Positions 41,031 through 54,194 of a stretch of DNA of 64,000 bases are shown in pieces. The stretch comes from Octopus sinensis (Eukaryota). The notes under the pieces were generated by a model. It was not told where the DNA came from and did no database searches. It saw only the letters and a list, made by a program, of their open reading frames with translations. Within the stretch, counting starts at the first letter, position 1; every line of letters begins with the position of its first letter. The translations under genes were made by a program, and so were the position numbers. The stretch covers positions 9,300,001-9,364,000 of the forward strand of contig NC_043010.1 of NCBI RefSeq assembly GCF_006345805.1, given 5' to 3'.

Positions 41031-41340
41031 GGTGGACTATACCATGGTGGAATTTACCTATGGTGAAATTTACCATGGTGGAATATACCATGGTGGAATT
41101 TACCTATGGTGAAATTTACCATGGTGGAATATACCATGGTGGAATTTACCTATGGTGAAATTTACGATGGTGGAATATACCATGGTGGAATTTACCTATG
41201 GTGAAATTTACCATGGTGGAATATACCATGGTGGAATTTACCTATGGTGAAATTTACCATGGGGGAATATACCATGGTGGAATTTACCTATGGTGAAATT
41301 TACCAGGTGGAACTTTCCATGGTGGAATTTACCTAGAACC
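41031..41340. repeat. Minisatellite: 46-bp higher-order unit (15+16+15) x~6.5
   Basis: accatggtggaattt-acctatggtgaaattt-accatggtggaatat repeats, ending in cctagaacc. Confidence 0.95.
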
Positions 41341-41718
41341 AACTGGATGTGTAATACATCATATTTGATGGCATGCAAGACATATGGAGGTACATGTCTT
41401 AGTAGTAAGGGTGTTGGACTCATGATCATAAGATTATGGCTTTGATTCTTGAGCTGGGCAATGCATTGTGTTCTTGAGAAAAACACTTCCGAATGTTGCT
41501 CAAGTCTACACAGCTGGTAAAACAGAGTAATCCTGCAATGGATCAACATCCCATCTGGGGAGGCTGAGGTATGTGGTATAGTGGTTAGGGTGTTGGATTC
41601 CTGATCATAAGATTGTGGTTTCAAAACACCTTCATTTCATGTTGCTCGAGTTCTCACAGCTAATGAAAACGAGTAACACTGTGATGGAGCGCATCCCATC
41701 CATGTGGGGAATATATAT

Positions 41719-41914
41719 GAAATGCTTAGCGGTATTTCGTCTGCCTTTACGTTGTGAGTTCTAATTCCGCCGAGGTCGACTTTACCTTTCATACTTTCGG
41801 GGTCGATAAATAAAGTACCAGTTTCGCAATGGGGTCGATGTAATCGACTTAATCCGTTTGTCTGTCCTTGTTTGTCCCCCTCTATGTTTAGCCCCTTGTG
41901 GGCAGTAAAGAAAT
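41719..41914 (+). mobile_element. SINE family B, 5'-truncated, nested in family E copies (41385-41980)
   Basis: Matches the 13509 copy from gaaatgcttagcgg onward. Confidence 0.85.
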
Positions 41915-42012
41915 ATATATATGCTATGAACCTGGGAAACTGGCCCTTATGAGTTGGTCTAATTTCCTTTAACTTTAACACTTGGGGAGGAATATATATA
42001 TATATATATATA

Positions 42013-42197
42013 CGTAAAAAGCACCCACTACACTCACGGAGTGGTTGGTGTTAGGAAGGACATCCAGCCATAGAAACACTGCCAGATCTGACTGGGCCTG
42101 ATGAAGCCTTCCGGTTTCACAGACCCCAGTTGAACCGTCCAACTTATGCTAGCATGGAAAACGGATGTTAAATGATGATGATGATGATGATGATGAT
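42013..42197 (+). mobile_element. RTE-tail repeat family C
   Basis: ggttggtgttaggaaggacatccagc...gttaaatgatgatg. Confidence 0.85.
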
Positions 42198-42479
42198 ATA
42201 TATATATATATATATATACCACAGAGACCAGGAAACTGACCTTGTGCCCCTTATGGAGTAACATGGGCTAATCAAAGACACTCTATTTTCTAAAGAAAAT
42301 CAAAAGAAGTGTCAGCATGTCACTTTGGCTCCTATTTGTGAAGTTGGGTGTCCCACAAGCTGCTTTTGTCTTTGGCACTCATACATTCCTGAATACATAC
42401 TGCTGAAATTAGGGTCTGCCTAAGGTGTCCATTTGTCCGTGTGTGTATCCATGAATGATGGAGTACAAATAAGCTAAGA

Positions 42480-42797
42480 TGTAATCTTGGTATAAGATGT
42501 GGTGTGCAAAAGAGAAGACTGTGTTTACATGGATATGTGATGTACACGAATGATGACCATTAATGGAAAATGAAGTGCCAAGGGATTCAAGTGCCGGCAG
42601 GAGGAAGAGGAAGACAAAAAGGGAAGACATAGGGAAATGGAAGGAAGTAGCGAAGATAGATCTCAGGGGATCGAATCTCATGAAGGAGATGACGAAAGAT
42701 CTCCACTAATGGTAAGAAGCTGCATTAGGGAAGACCCGTTTGATATATGAAAGTATGGGAAAAAAAAAATGGATGCAGAATGATGATGATGATGATT

Positions 42798-42880
<83 letters not shown>
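42480..42880 (+). pseudogene. Decayed RTE LINE C-terminus with (GAT)n tail
   Basis: Translates to GIRCGVQKRRL..GYVM...GRGRQ..KWKEV..DL, typical of RTE ORF ends. Confidence 0.55.
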
Positions 42881-42892
<12 letters not shown>

Positions 42893-44279
42893 GATGATGA
42901 TGGTGGTGGTGGTGGAGAAATATTGTTTTATATTTTTGTTTTACAGTTTTCTTTTATTGTTTTTTTTTTCATATTTCAAAGTAGATGAATAAAACATTAA
43001 ATAGATTAATCCTATCATTATTCACATGTTTTCAATAATTTTTTTTTTTTTCAAATTGTATAAAGAAAAGCTAGATTTAAAATCTTAAGAAGGGAAACAA
43101 AAATTTACTGCCTTAGAAAAGTGGCAAATAAAAACACCCATATACATACAGATACACACACATACTCACACACATATATGCACACACACATACACACACA
43201 TACACACACTCTCGCACACATACACAGACTCATACATGTACTTTTACATATATATACACTGGCACCACTACCATCACCACCACCACCACTGCCACCGCCA
43301 CCATCACCACCATCATCGTCATCATCATTTTACATTCACTTTTTCTATACTTTCACGATGATGATATATATATACATATACATACACACATACACACACA
43401 CATGCCCACAAATATGTATATATGTTTGTATATCCAAATGTGAGTAGATGTGTGTGTGTGTGTTTAATACGGTCTATATTTCCCGCAGCATTCCAATCTA
43501 GTTATGAAGTAACTCTCTCTTTCTCTCTCTTCTTCTCTTGCTCTCCTTCCTTCTCACTCTCTTTCTCTTTATATATATACAAATGCATGTATGTATGTAT
43601 CATGTATCTTGTAGGATATAGTATGGAGAAAATAACTGAAGCAGTACTTCATATCTGTTGAGTGGGATATTTCAGAAATTTCACGAAACAACAGCTATTG
43701 ATGTTGCTGTTATTGTTGTTGTGTTGCTGTTTAGCCCCAGGTGAGCCCTGATAGATCAAGTGTTCCAGTCATAGACACTGTCTTTTAGAAGTATATCTAA
43801 GAGTTTATTATCTATAGCATCCTTTCCATATTTAAGATGATACAATGCAATTTGAAAGCAATTTGACTGCTATTTCTAGTGGTTTTAATGACCATGTAGA
43901 ACCCTCCTTGTTGGTTCTTACCCTTTTACTTGCTTTGGTCATTGGACTGCAGCCATGCTGGAGCACAATCTTGTAAGATTAGTTGAACAAATTAGCTCCA
44001 GTATTTATTTTAAGCCTTGTGCTTATTTCATTGGTCTCTTTCTGAAAAGTTAAGATATGAGAATGTATACAAACCAACACTGGGTAACAAGCAGAGAGGC
44101 AACAAACACAAAAAACACACACATAAGAATATCTTCCCATCTATCTGTCCGTCTGTCTATCTACATGTCTCTCCGTCTTCTGTCTCTCTATCTGTCTGTC
44201 TGTCTGTCTGTCTGTCCATCCGTCCGTCTGTCTGTCTGTCTGTCTATCCATCTATCTATCTATCTATCTACCTATCTAC

Positions 44280-44358
<79 letters not shown>

Positions 44359-44478
44359 CATATATATATGATTGATTGATTGATTGATTCTAGTTTCAGC
44401 TTATGAGCTGTGGCCATATATATATATAAGTGAATTTTCCATGTTAACAATAAACAAAGGATAATTCATTCATCCATT

Positions 44479-44516
<38 letters not shown>

Positions 44517-44763
44517 CAGTTAATTTTTGTGTCAAGTCCTACAACTCATAGCGTCAATGACCCAGTTTATGTGGTGTATAACTGACTGAGATAACATTTT
44601 TCCTGAACCAGATGCCAGTCCATTGGGAGATTAATCATTTACACCCAAGTGAGAAGTAGCAGTAGAAAATAAAACACTTTGCTCCCGAAACATGGTGCAG
44701 AAGCTGGTCGGGCAATCGAGACCACAGCCTTCTGATCGTGAATGCAACACCCTAACCGCTGCA

Positions 44764-44802
<39 letters not shown>

Positions 44803-45088
44803 TGGATATACACACAAGATGGTTCTCCATACACTTTCTGTCTCCTTACTTTATTCATAACAGGCACTGGTCAGTTTGGGGATACAGTAAAAGACACTTG
44901 CCCACAGTGAAGAGATGTAGGATTGAACACAAAACTACACGATTGTAAGGTAAATTGTCTTTACTACCCAGCCATATAAATAGGCATTTGTTGTTGTTGT
45001 CCCTGATATTGTCATTGTTGCTGTTTAATTCCTGGTCAAGAGATTTCTGCTGTGACCATAATATTTATAATTTATGGCAGGACAATTG

Positions 45089-45633
45089 AGGCCATAATCC
45101 CGTGGCCTACACCTGGGATGTAGCCAGCCCACTTATGCATTCCTTTCCTTCTTGGGACACAAAACTCCACTTGTGAAGACCTGTTGAGGCAAGTGAAAAC
45201 CAAAATCAAAATCGTAATCTATCAAAATCAATGGAATTTGTTGCTGTGATACCAGTGCCGGTGGCACGTAAGAGAACCATCCGAACGTGGCCGTAGCCAG
45301 CTCCGCCTGACTGGCCTCCATGCCGGTGGGACGTAAAAAGCACCATCCGACCGTGGCCGTTGCCAGCTTCGTCTGGTCCCCGTGCTGGTGGCACATAAAA
45401 AGCACCATCTGATCATGGCCGTCTGCCAGCCTCGTCTGGCACCTGTGCCGGTGGCACGTAAGAAGCACCCGCGACACTCACGGAGTGGTTGGCGTTAGGA
45501 AGGGCATCCAGCTGTAGAAACACTGTTAGATCAGACTGGGCCTGGTGCAGCCTTCTGGCTTCCCAGACCCCAGTTGAACCGTCCAACCCATGCCAGCATG
45601 AAAAGTGGACGTTAAATGATGATGATAATGATG
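45089..45633 (+). mobile_element. Longest family C copy (RTE-type 3' region) with ~5 internal repeats
   Basis: Repeated gtgccggtggcacgtaa(a/g)a(a)gcacc units; (GAT)n tail. Confidence 0.85.
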
Positions 45634-45999
45634 AATTCTGCCGAGATTGAATTTGTCTTTCATCCTTTTGGGGTCAATGAAATAAATACTTCCATAGCCC
45701 CCACTTGCCGAAATTTCAGGCCTTGTGCCTATAGGAGAAAGGAATAGTTTTAGTTAGACTTAGTAGCTAATGAAGTACTACATTATCAAATGTGTATCCT
45801 TTTTCATTTAATGCAGTACTGTGTGGTGTGAAGAAAATTTGACTATATACGCACAGTGAGGTAAGAAGTTTGTTCCTCAACTATATGATTCTGAGTTCAG
45901 TCCCACTGCATGGTACCTTGGGCAAGTAACTTCTACACTAGCCCCAAGCCAGCGAAAACCTTTTGGATTTGGTTGATGGAAATTAAAAGAAGCCTGTTA

Positions 46000-46035
<36 letters not shown>

Positions 46036-46040
46036 TAACA

Positions 46041-46474
46041 GGCACAGGAGTGGCTCTGTAGTAAGTAGCTTTTTTTACCAACCACATGGTTCTGGGTTCA
46101 GTCCTGCTGCATGGCACCTTGGGCAAGTGTCTTCAACTATAGCCTCGGGCCAACCAAAGCCTTGTGAGTGGATTTGGTAGACGGAAACTGAAAGAAGCCC
46201 GTCGTATATATATGTATACATATATGTTTTTTTGTCTGTGTTTGTCCCCGCAACATCACTTGACAACTGATGCTGGTGTGTTTATGTCCCCATAACTTAG
46301 CAGTTCAGCAAAAGAGATTAATAGAATAAGTACAAGGCTTACAAAGAATAAGTACAAGGCTTACAAAGAATAAGTCCTGGGGGCGATTTGCTCGACTAAA
46401 GGCGGTGCTCCAGCATGGCCACAGTCAAATGACTGAAATAAGTAAAAGAGTAAAGAGAGAGAGTAAAAGAGTAA
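46041..46474 (+). mobile_element. SINE family A with an internal 22-bp duplication
   Basis: Family A match; aagtacaaggcttacaaagaat occurs twice. Confidence 0.85.
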
Positions 46475-47710
46475 AGTGGAAGTATACAAAAGTAAACATC
46501 ATTTTTCCAGCTTATTAATTTGGTTTTATTTTGAAGACTAAAACTTTATTTCATGGTTTATCATTGTTTATATTTTGAATTACATATATATATATATATG
46601 TGTGGGCATCAAAATCTTTTAAGTGTTTAGGGCCTCCGTGGGTCTAAATCTGGCCCTGACTGTGCTGATGGGCTGGGGTTTTAGATGATGGTTATTAGGA
46701 GCATATTGACACATATTGATAAAAATCAATTGAAAGATGGACAGAATTCCTTCTGGTATTTGTTCTGATTGTCAGCGTTTCAAGTTCAAACCCAGGTTAA
46801 CCTTGCTATTTTTGTTTTTCCTTCAAGGGTTAATAAATATTATACCTGTCACACTCTAAATTTATCTCTGTCTCTGACTCCTTCCATCTTCATCTCTCTC
46901 TTCTCCTCTTTCTTTTTGTTACTATCTCTCTCTAGCTCTCACTTATTCTCTCCCTGACTTGGTTATGGTAGTGCTATGAAGAGTGGCATCAGGGATCACT
47001 CAGTGTTCTTTGCCTCAAAAATAGAGTAGAGAAGAGTTGAGTGAATACTAGCAACCCTTTCGCATAATAAAACTTGTATGTTGTGAGGAGTGTCAAAGTA
47101 CAGCAGGGAACAGAAATGATGATGATGATGATGATGATGTGGATGCCATGGTGGTGGTGGTGGCGGCGGCGGCAGTGGTGGTGGTATAGAAGAGGAGAAG
47201 GTTGATAGAGTGGTAGACGATGAGGATAAGTTGGTTGAAGGCTATTTTTTTCCTTACTTCCAAACCTGTGTCAACACTTCCCAGTTGCTCTCATCAAATG
47301 AGTTCCACATTTTAAGACAAACAACACAAGCATGAGCCGATCAGAAACCTCTTATAATAGTCTTTTGAGCCGCTAGCAACAGCAGTCAAATCTCCCTTAA
47401 TACAAATCCTGCTTGCTGTTCAGAAAAAGAAGGGGTTCCCTCAATAATGAAGTACTAGATACATTATACCAGAAGAGGGAAAAAAAATTAAGCTCATCAT
47501 ATGTTTAGGTGCTGGCATGACTGTATGGTTAAGAAGCTCACTTTGCAACCATGTGGTCTTGGGTTCCATCCCACTGCACTGTACCTAAGGCAGGGCAAGT
47601 GTCTTCTACTATATCCCTGGGCTGATCAAAGCCTTATGAGTGTGTGAAGGAGCATAGCTTAGTAGTTAGAGTATTTGGTTCATGATTGTAAGGTCGTGGG
47701 TTTGATCCCT

Positions 47711-47993
47711 CATCATCATCATCATTGTTCGACCGTGGTCGAGACAATGGAATTTACCATGCTACGCCAGACTTCACGGTCCATCATAGCATTACGGAGG
47801 TCCTGTTGCTGGATGCCTGTATCCCTGGAGATTACATCAGGGTAGGAGAGTGTGCACCCTCTGGTATTGCGAGTAGATGGCTTCCAGAGGAGAAGAGTAA
47901 AAATTACCTCTTTTTCAGCTCTACAACAATGTCCAGCAAACTGGACTCTCTTACCTTTCACAAGAGATGACACAGGTGGTAGTTTCCCATATA
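47711..47993 (-). mobile_element. 5'-truncated RTE-type LINE with intact ORF end, (TGA)n tail and 10-bp TSD, inserted in a SINE B box
   Basis: ORF 47722-47973 contains RVQFAGHCCR..LLWKP..RG..D..L..AMMDREVWR; TSD tttgatccct at 47701-47710 and 47994-48003. Confidence 0.85.
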
Positions 47994-48292
47994 TTTGATC
48001 CCTAGCAGTGGATCATGTCATTAAGCAAGACACTTTATTTAAAAGATGCTCCAGTCCACTTACTCAGAAATTAGTTGTACCTGTTATTCAAAGAGCTGGA
48101 TCCAAGTCTATGGAGTGCTCGGCCACTTGCACATTAATTTCACGAGCAACATGTTTCATTGTTCAGCTGTTCCATTCATCGGACCAACTGGAACATTTGT
48201 TGTCATACCTGACAGAGTGCTAGTGTGTATGTATGTGAGGGGGTGTATATGTGTGTGTCTTCGTGCTTGACAACCGGTATTAGTTTGTTCAT

Positions 48293-48524
48293 AAGGCGGC
48301 GAGCTGGCAGAAACGTTAGCACACTGGGCGAAATGCTTAGCGGTATTTCGTCTGCATTACATTGTGAGTTCAAATTCCACCAAGTTCGACTTTGCCTTTC
48401 ATCCTTTCGGGGTCGATAAATTAAGTACCAGTTACGCACTGGGGTCGATGTAATCGACTTAATACCTATGTCTGTCCTTGTTTATCCCCTCTGTGTTTAG
48501 CCCCTTGGGGGTAATAAAGAAATA
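48293..48524 (+). mobile_element. SINE family B inserted in a family A remnant, 17-bp TSD
   Basis: TSD ggtatt(a/g)gtttgttcat at 48276-48292 and 48525-48541. Confidence 0.9.
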
Positions 48525-49593
48525 GGTATTGGTTTGTTCATGTCTTTATAACTTAGACCATTAGGCTAAGTACCAGACTTTAAAAAATATGAAGTAATGG
48601 TTCCATCTGTTTGACTAAAATACTCCAAAGTAGCACTCCGGTATGGCCACAGTCTAGTGACTGAAACCAGTAAAAGATGAAAAAAAATTAGGACTGACTT
48701 TTGGTTATAAAAATCAACAACAATAACAGTTATTGCAAATGGGGAAAATGAACCCTGTAACAAATGATCTTGGTTGAATAAGTTTTGAAAGATATATTTT
48801 CCCTACAATAATGCATTTGTTCTTAATGTAAGCATTAATTCATAAGGTTAATTTAAGGAACTTAATAAGATTCTTTCCTCTATAATTCTTAAGGGACTTA
48901 ATAAAATTCTTCCCTCTATCTCAATACCTTCAAGATAAAATTAAAGGTAAAAAATAGGGAAAGCAAATTCCTTGAAGAAACAAGCTCCTGGTTATCTACG
49001 AGAATATATTATAAGCCTAGAATAATCAAATCTACGAATTTTATATAAACTATCACATTAAATGATTATATATGACAAATCACATTTTTTGCAGTATTTG
49101 TTATATAGCATAAATATTAATGATTTAGGGCTTTCAGATTCTTAAGCAAGTTTCTTTATCTTTTAATTTATATTCAAATATCTCTAGGAGGTTGCTTACC
49201 ACAAGATTAATGTAAAAGCTGAATATTAGTGGAGTTTTTCAGACATATCCAAGAACTAGTCTTTCTTTTCCATTTTAATGATAAAATAGAAAAATAAAAA
49301 AATTAAAATAAATGCTATTAAAAAACAAAAAAATCAGCATTGAATATTCTAATTTGCATATGCACATCTACCTGAACACATAGATATATGTATATTTTTT
49401 ACAAGATATTTTGTAGTTGTCATATCAAGTATTTTTTTCCCCTTCAATTATACTTTTTTTGTGTGTGTATGTTGTTTTCTTATTGGCTTTTGTATAAAAA
49501 AAAGTTTTAAAGAAAATTTCCAATATTTCGTATAAAAAAACAATAAATAAATGTGAAAAGAATGAATGCAAAGAAAATTTGACTTTCAATAAG

Positions 49594-49626
<33 letters not shown>

Positions 49627-49674
49627 AGTATGTAGCTAAGAATGTATACATACATATGTGAGCATGTATGTATG

Positions 49675-49709
<35 letters not shown>

Positions 49710-49732
49710 TATATAGGCATGTGTATGCATGC

Positions 49733-49763
<31 letters not shown>

Positions 49764-49870
49764 TACATACATACATGCATACATGCATACATACATACAT
49801 ATAAAGATATGAAGATTTCTAAAAAGCATATTTTTTTTTTACTTTATTTTCTTTGAACATCTTATTTCAG

Positions 49871-49969
49871 AATTATGGAATGCTGGCATGGAAAATACGA
49901 TTTGCATGCTCTTTATATTTGAGTGCAATTTTACCGGTCTGCTCCTAAAAGCAATGTTGCTGGAAGAAT
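49871..49969 (+). other. Candidate 99-nt internal exon of an unidentified transcript
   Basis: Polypyrimidine tract plus ttatttcAG acceptor, GTATGT donor, one open phase 1-1 frame (LWNAGMENTICMLFIFECNFTGLLLKAMLLEE); no homology recognised. Confidence 0.3.
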
Positions 49970-50110
49970 GTATGTAAATATACTTTCCATGCACATTGAG
50001 AAAAATATACCTATTACACACATACTCTCTCTCACACATACACTCATGCACACACACACACTCACATGCACAAATACATAAATACAGATACACATATATC
50101 CATAAATATA

Positions 50111-50142
<32 letters not shown>

Positions 50143-50361
50143 GTATACATATGTATATATATATGTGTGTGTATGTATATATATATATATATATACGTAC
50201 ATATACATACATTATATACGTACATATACATACATTATATACACTTTTATAAATACACAAACGCACACTCGCATGCATGCATATCTATCTATCTATCTAT
50301 CTCTCTCTCATACACACTCTCTATCACTCATACACACTCTCTCTCTCTCTCTCTCCTCCGC

Positions 50362-50399
<38 letters not shown>

Positions 50400-50744
50400 T
50401 GAGACAGATATAACTATACGCACACATTTAGTAAAACTTTTTCTTAATGATATTTTTCTGTTCTACAACCGAAAGTGATGTTTCCTGTTAGCCACATAGA
50501 ATGTAAGGTTGATCTTTATATTGGATACATATAAGTAATGGTCGAAGATGTGAAGTACTATTAACCTGGGTTCTCTGGGACAGAAATCAATACTTCTTGC
50601 TAGGAAGGAGATGAAGAGAGAAATACCACCTAGCTACTTGCTTATGCCTCAGGCTAAGCTGCAGAAAATCTTCAATTCAAGAAAGTGTTGATGAAGGATT
50701 CTAGAAGTTGTTTACCATAACAAAATAATAATAATACTGATGCT

Positions 50745-51160
50745 AGTGGTGATTGTTGTTGTGGTGCTAGTGTTAGTGGTGGTGGTGGTGGTGGTGGTGG
50801 TGTTAGTGGTGGTGGTGGTGGTGGTGGTGGTGGTGGTGGTTTTTTTGTGTTAGTGGTGGTGGGTGGTGGTGATGGTGGTGGTTAGTGGTGATGGTGGTGT
50901 GGTGGTGGTGGTGGTGGTGGTGGTGGTGGTGTTAGTGGGTTGTGGTGGTGGTGATGGTGGTGTTAGTGGTGATGGTGGTGGTGGTGGTGGTGGTGGTGGT
51001 GGCGGTGGTGGTGGTGGTGGTGGCGGTGGTGGTGATGGTGGTTGTGGTGGTGGTGGTGGTCATGGTCGTGGTGGTCGTGGCAGCCATGATAATGATGATG
51101 ATGGTGATGGTAGTTGTGGTGGTGGTGGTGATGATGGTGATAATGGTGGAGGTGGTGGCA
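50745..51160. repeat. (GGT)n tract
   Basis: Direct inspection. Confidence 0.95.
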
Positions 51161-51229
51161 GTAAAGAGATGGGGCTGGAGGAAGAGGTGTGATAGTGATA
51201 ACAGTGATATATTAATATAATAATAATGA

Positions 51230-51273
<44 letters not shown>

Positions 51274-51864
51274 TATACACACAAACACACACATATTTGT
51301 ATATACATATACATATACACGCATATATATACATATATATACATATATATACATATATATATATATATATTTATATATTTATACATATACATATATATAT
51401 AAATATACATGTATATACATATATATAAACACACACACATACACATCTATACATATGTGTATATGAATGTACGTATGAATGTCTGTATGTATGTATGTAT
51501 GAATGCATGTATGCATTTATGTATACACAAACAGTCACCTACGTTTGTGATCAGGAATACACTCAATATAAAGATGTGGACCCTCCACTTACACACACAC
51601 ACACACACACACACAACACACACACACCACACATTCGAAAGCAATCTGTACCAAAATGTATTGAGCTAGTACAGAGTAGCAGAGACAAAATTCCATAAAT
51701 CACTCGTTACCCAAAAATATTAATGGCTTTACTGGTCACCAAGATGACAAAAAAAAAATTGAAGACTGGACATCCATGCTAACCATTATGGAAAGATAAG
51801 GGGAAAGAATTTAACCATCAGTGTGAACGTAAAAATAAAAGGTGATATGACTGATTTATATAAA

Positions 51865-51901
<37 letters not shown>

Positions 51902-52026
51902 ACATAAATATTTATTCATTTGTTTGGTGTCCATTTATCCATATATAATCTCTCTCTATACATATATATGTATAAAGACATATATGTATATATATACACA
52001 CATATATACATATACACATATATGCA

Positions 52027-52322
52027 TAGCACTATTCGAATGTGGCCGTTGCCAGCGCCGCCTTGGCTGGCTTCCGTGCCGGTGGCACGTTAAAAGCTCC
52101 AACCGATCGTGACCGATGCCGGACCCCCCCCCCTGGCACCTGTGCAGGTGGCATGTAAAAAGCACCCACTACACTCGCGGAGTGGTTGGTGTTAGGAAGG
52201 GCATCCAGCTGTAGAAACTCTGCCAGATCAGACTGGAGCCTGGTGCAGCCCCTGGCTTCCCAGACCCCGGTCGAACCGTCCAACCCGGAAAACGGACGTT
52301 AAATGATGATGATGATGATGAT
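52027..52322 (+). mobile_element. RTE-tail repeat family C
   Basis: Similarity to 45280-45633. Confidence 0.85.
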
Positions 52323-52363
52323 ACATATACATTTATACATACATACATTCATACATACATACA

Positions 52364-52397
<34 letters not shown>

Positions 52398-52639
52398 CAT
52401 ATATACATATGTACATACATGCATGCATATATACATATTTTATCAAAAATGTATAGTATTATATATCCATCGCAACAAATCTTACCAATCGGTTTTGCAC
52501 AAGGAATGCAATGGAGTGTATTATACAACCTTATACTCATCAGAGTTAGCTGATACAAAAGGAAATATGTGTACATAAAGATATGCATATATATGTGTAT
52601 ACATATATATAATATATAATATATAATATATAATATTTA

Positions 52640-52845
52640 AATGGGACATACCTGTCTTCACGGCCGAAACAGCTGTCAGCTACAATGTAAATGTATTTTC
52701 TATTTCTATTTCTATGTCTTGTTATATTTGTAATATATTATGTATAATGTCATTGCTGTTGTGTAATGGTTTAATAAAGTATTGATTGGGTATTATCTGA
52801 TGGTTGATGATTGATTTAGGTATGTTTCTCCATTTTCTCATTTTG
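52640..52845 (+). mobile_element. PLE-like tail with the 3' half of a hammerhead
   Basis: cc-GAAA-cagctg-TC-agct at 52664-52681, then a T-rich tail with AATAAA; (TA)n flanks; no CUGANGA present. Confidence 0.4.
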
Positions 52846-52854
52846 TATATATAT

Positions 52855-53030
52855 ATTGGTAAAACGGTAAGATAACAAAAGAAAGAAAGAGACCTCAATA
52901 TTATGTAAATGGAGGAAATTTATCTATATAGAAAATACCCAGATAACCGAAGAGATGGCGTTGTGGATTCCCACTTCGGCATCTGAAACTCAGAGTTTTA
53001 TCTTGACTATCGAGTAATGTAACATATTAT
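52855..53030 (+). mobile_element. PLE-like family 3 copy: inverted tail plus hammerhead 52941-53003
   Basis: agataa-CCGAAGA-gatg..gtgg(attc)ccac..catc-t-GAAA-ctcagag-TT-ttatct; 52855-52925 is the inverse of 26142-26212. Confidence 0.7.
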
Positions 53031-53779
53031 TTTATATATATATATATAATTTAATGAACACAATATATCTTTTTATGTGAGTTTCACGCAACAAAAGCAT
53101 TTGGAGCAGTATATTTTTAACATGCCTGGTATCTTAGTGCAATCTTCAAGCATTGTAAATTTTATGTGTCTGTGTGTATATACATGTATGCATATGAATG
53201 TATACATCATGTGACAGGGTAGGTTGAGGGGAAAATGAAGAGAATGAGTGAGGATGACATATAGTGATGAGGGAGAGATAATTTGGAGCTCAGGAGTGTT
53301 ATTTAGCCCTAGGTAAATTTTGATTGATCATATGCTTGATCAAAGTATGTATTTACATTTTCAAATTTAAAGGACATGATTTGAAAGATTTCAGTGCTAT
53401 TTCTAGCAGTTTAAATGATTGCATGAAAATTTTCTTTGCAGCTCCACCTCTCTTGCATATAGTCGTGAATTCTATTTCTCCAATGCATCTCTTAGTAACT
53501 AAGTGACCTTAGCCACTGAGAATGATGCGTATTTGTTAAGACTACTGAGAAAGTGACGAATCATTAGATCTTTGATACCTAGTGTTATTTGTTCTAAATT
53601 TTCTGCATTTTGAGTTCAAATCCTACCAAGGTCATTTTATCTTTCTTTTATCTTATTTTTGGGGGGAATCTATAAAATGTATCAGTCCTGAGCAGTGAAT
53701 TGGTAGACGCAGTATGACTAGATATCTTGTGATATTTGTTCTCACTCCTTGTTTTGAATTCAAATCTCGCTGTGACCTA

Positions 53780-53856
53780 CTTTGAACATCTTATTTCAGA
53801 ATTATGGAATGCTGGCATGGAAAATACGATTTGCATGCTCTTTATATTTGAGTGCA
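53780..53856 (+). repeat. Exact 77-bp copy of 49851-49927
   Basis: ctttgaacatc...tttgagtgca identical at both sites. Confidence 0.95.
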
Positions 53857-54194
53857 TCTTTTCTGTGCTCCTGACAAATACACTACATTCTCAGTGGCTC
53901 AGTTCATCTGGTTGTTAATAGTGCAATAGTAAGTTGGAATTCTCTTCTGCATGTAAGAGAAGTAGAACCATTATAAAGCTTCTGTACAATCACATCAACT
54001 GCAAGAAATAGTGGAATCATTGTAAAAATGTAAATCCATACTTGATCATGCATTGATTCAATCAAGTTTGGCTTGAGGCTAAATAATAACATATATGAAA
54101 GAATTGCCTTATTGATTTTTAGCATGGGCACAAGACCACCAGAAGCTCAGTTTAATACTGCCACTTGATATTTTGGATGGCTTTAGTAGAGTCT

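Noticed and set aside
41031-41340. CRISPR-like regular repeats (also the 93-bp repeats at 57760-58510)
   Set aside because: No unique spacers, eukaryotic context and no cas genes; these are tandem repeats.
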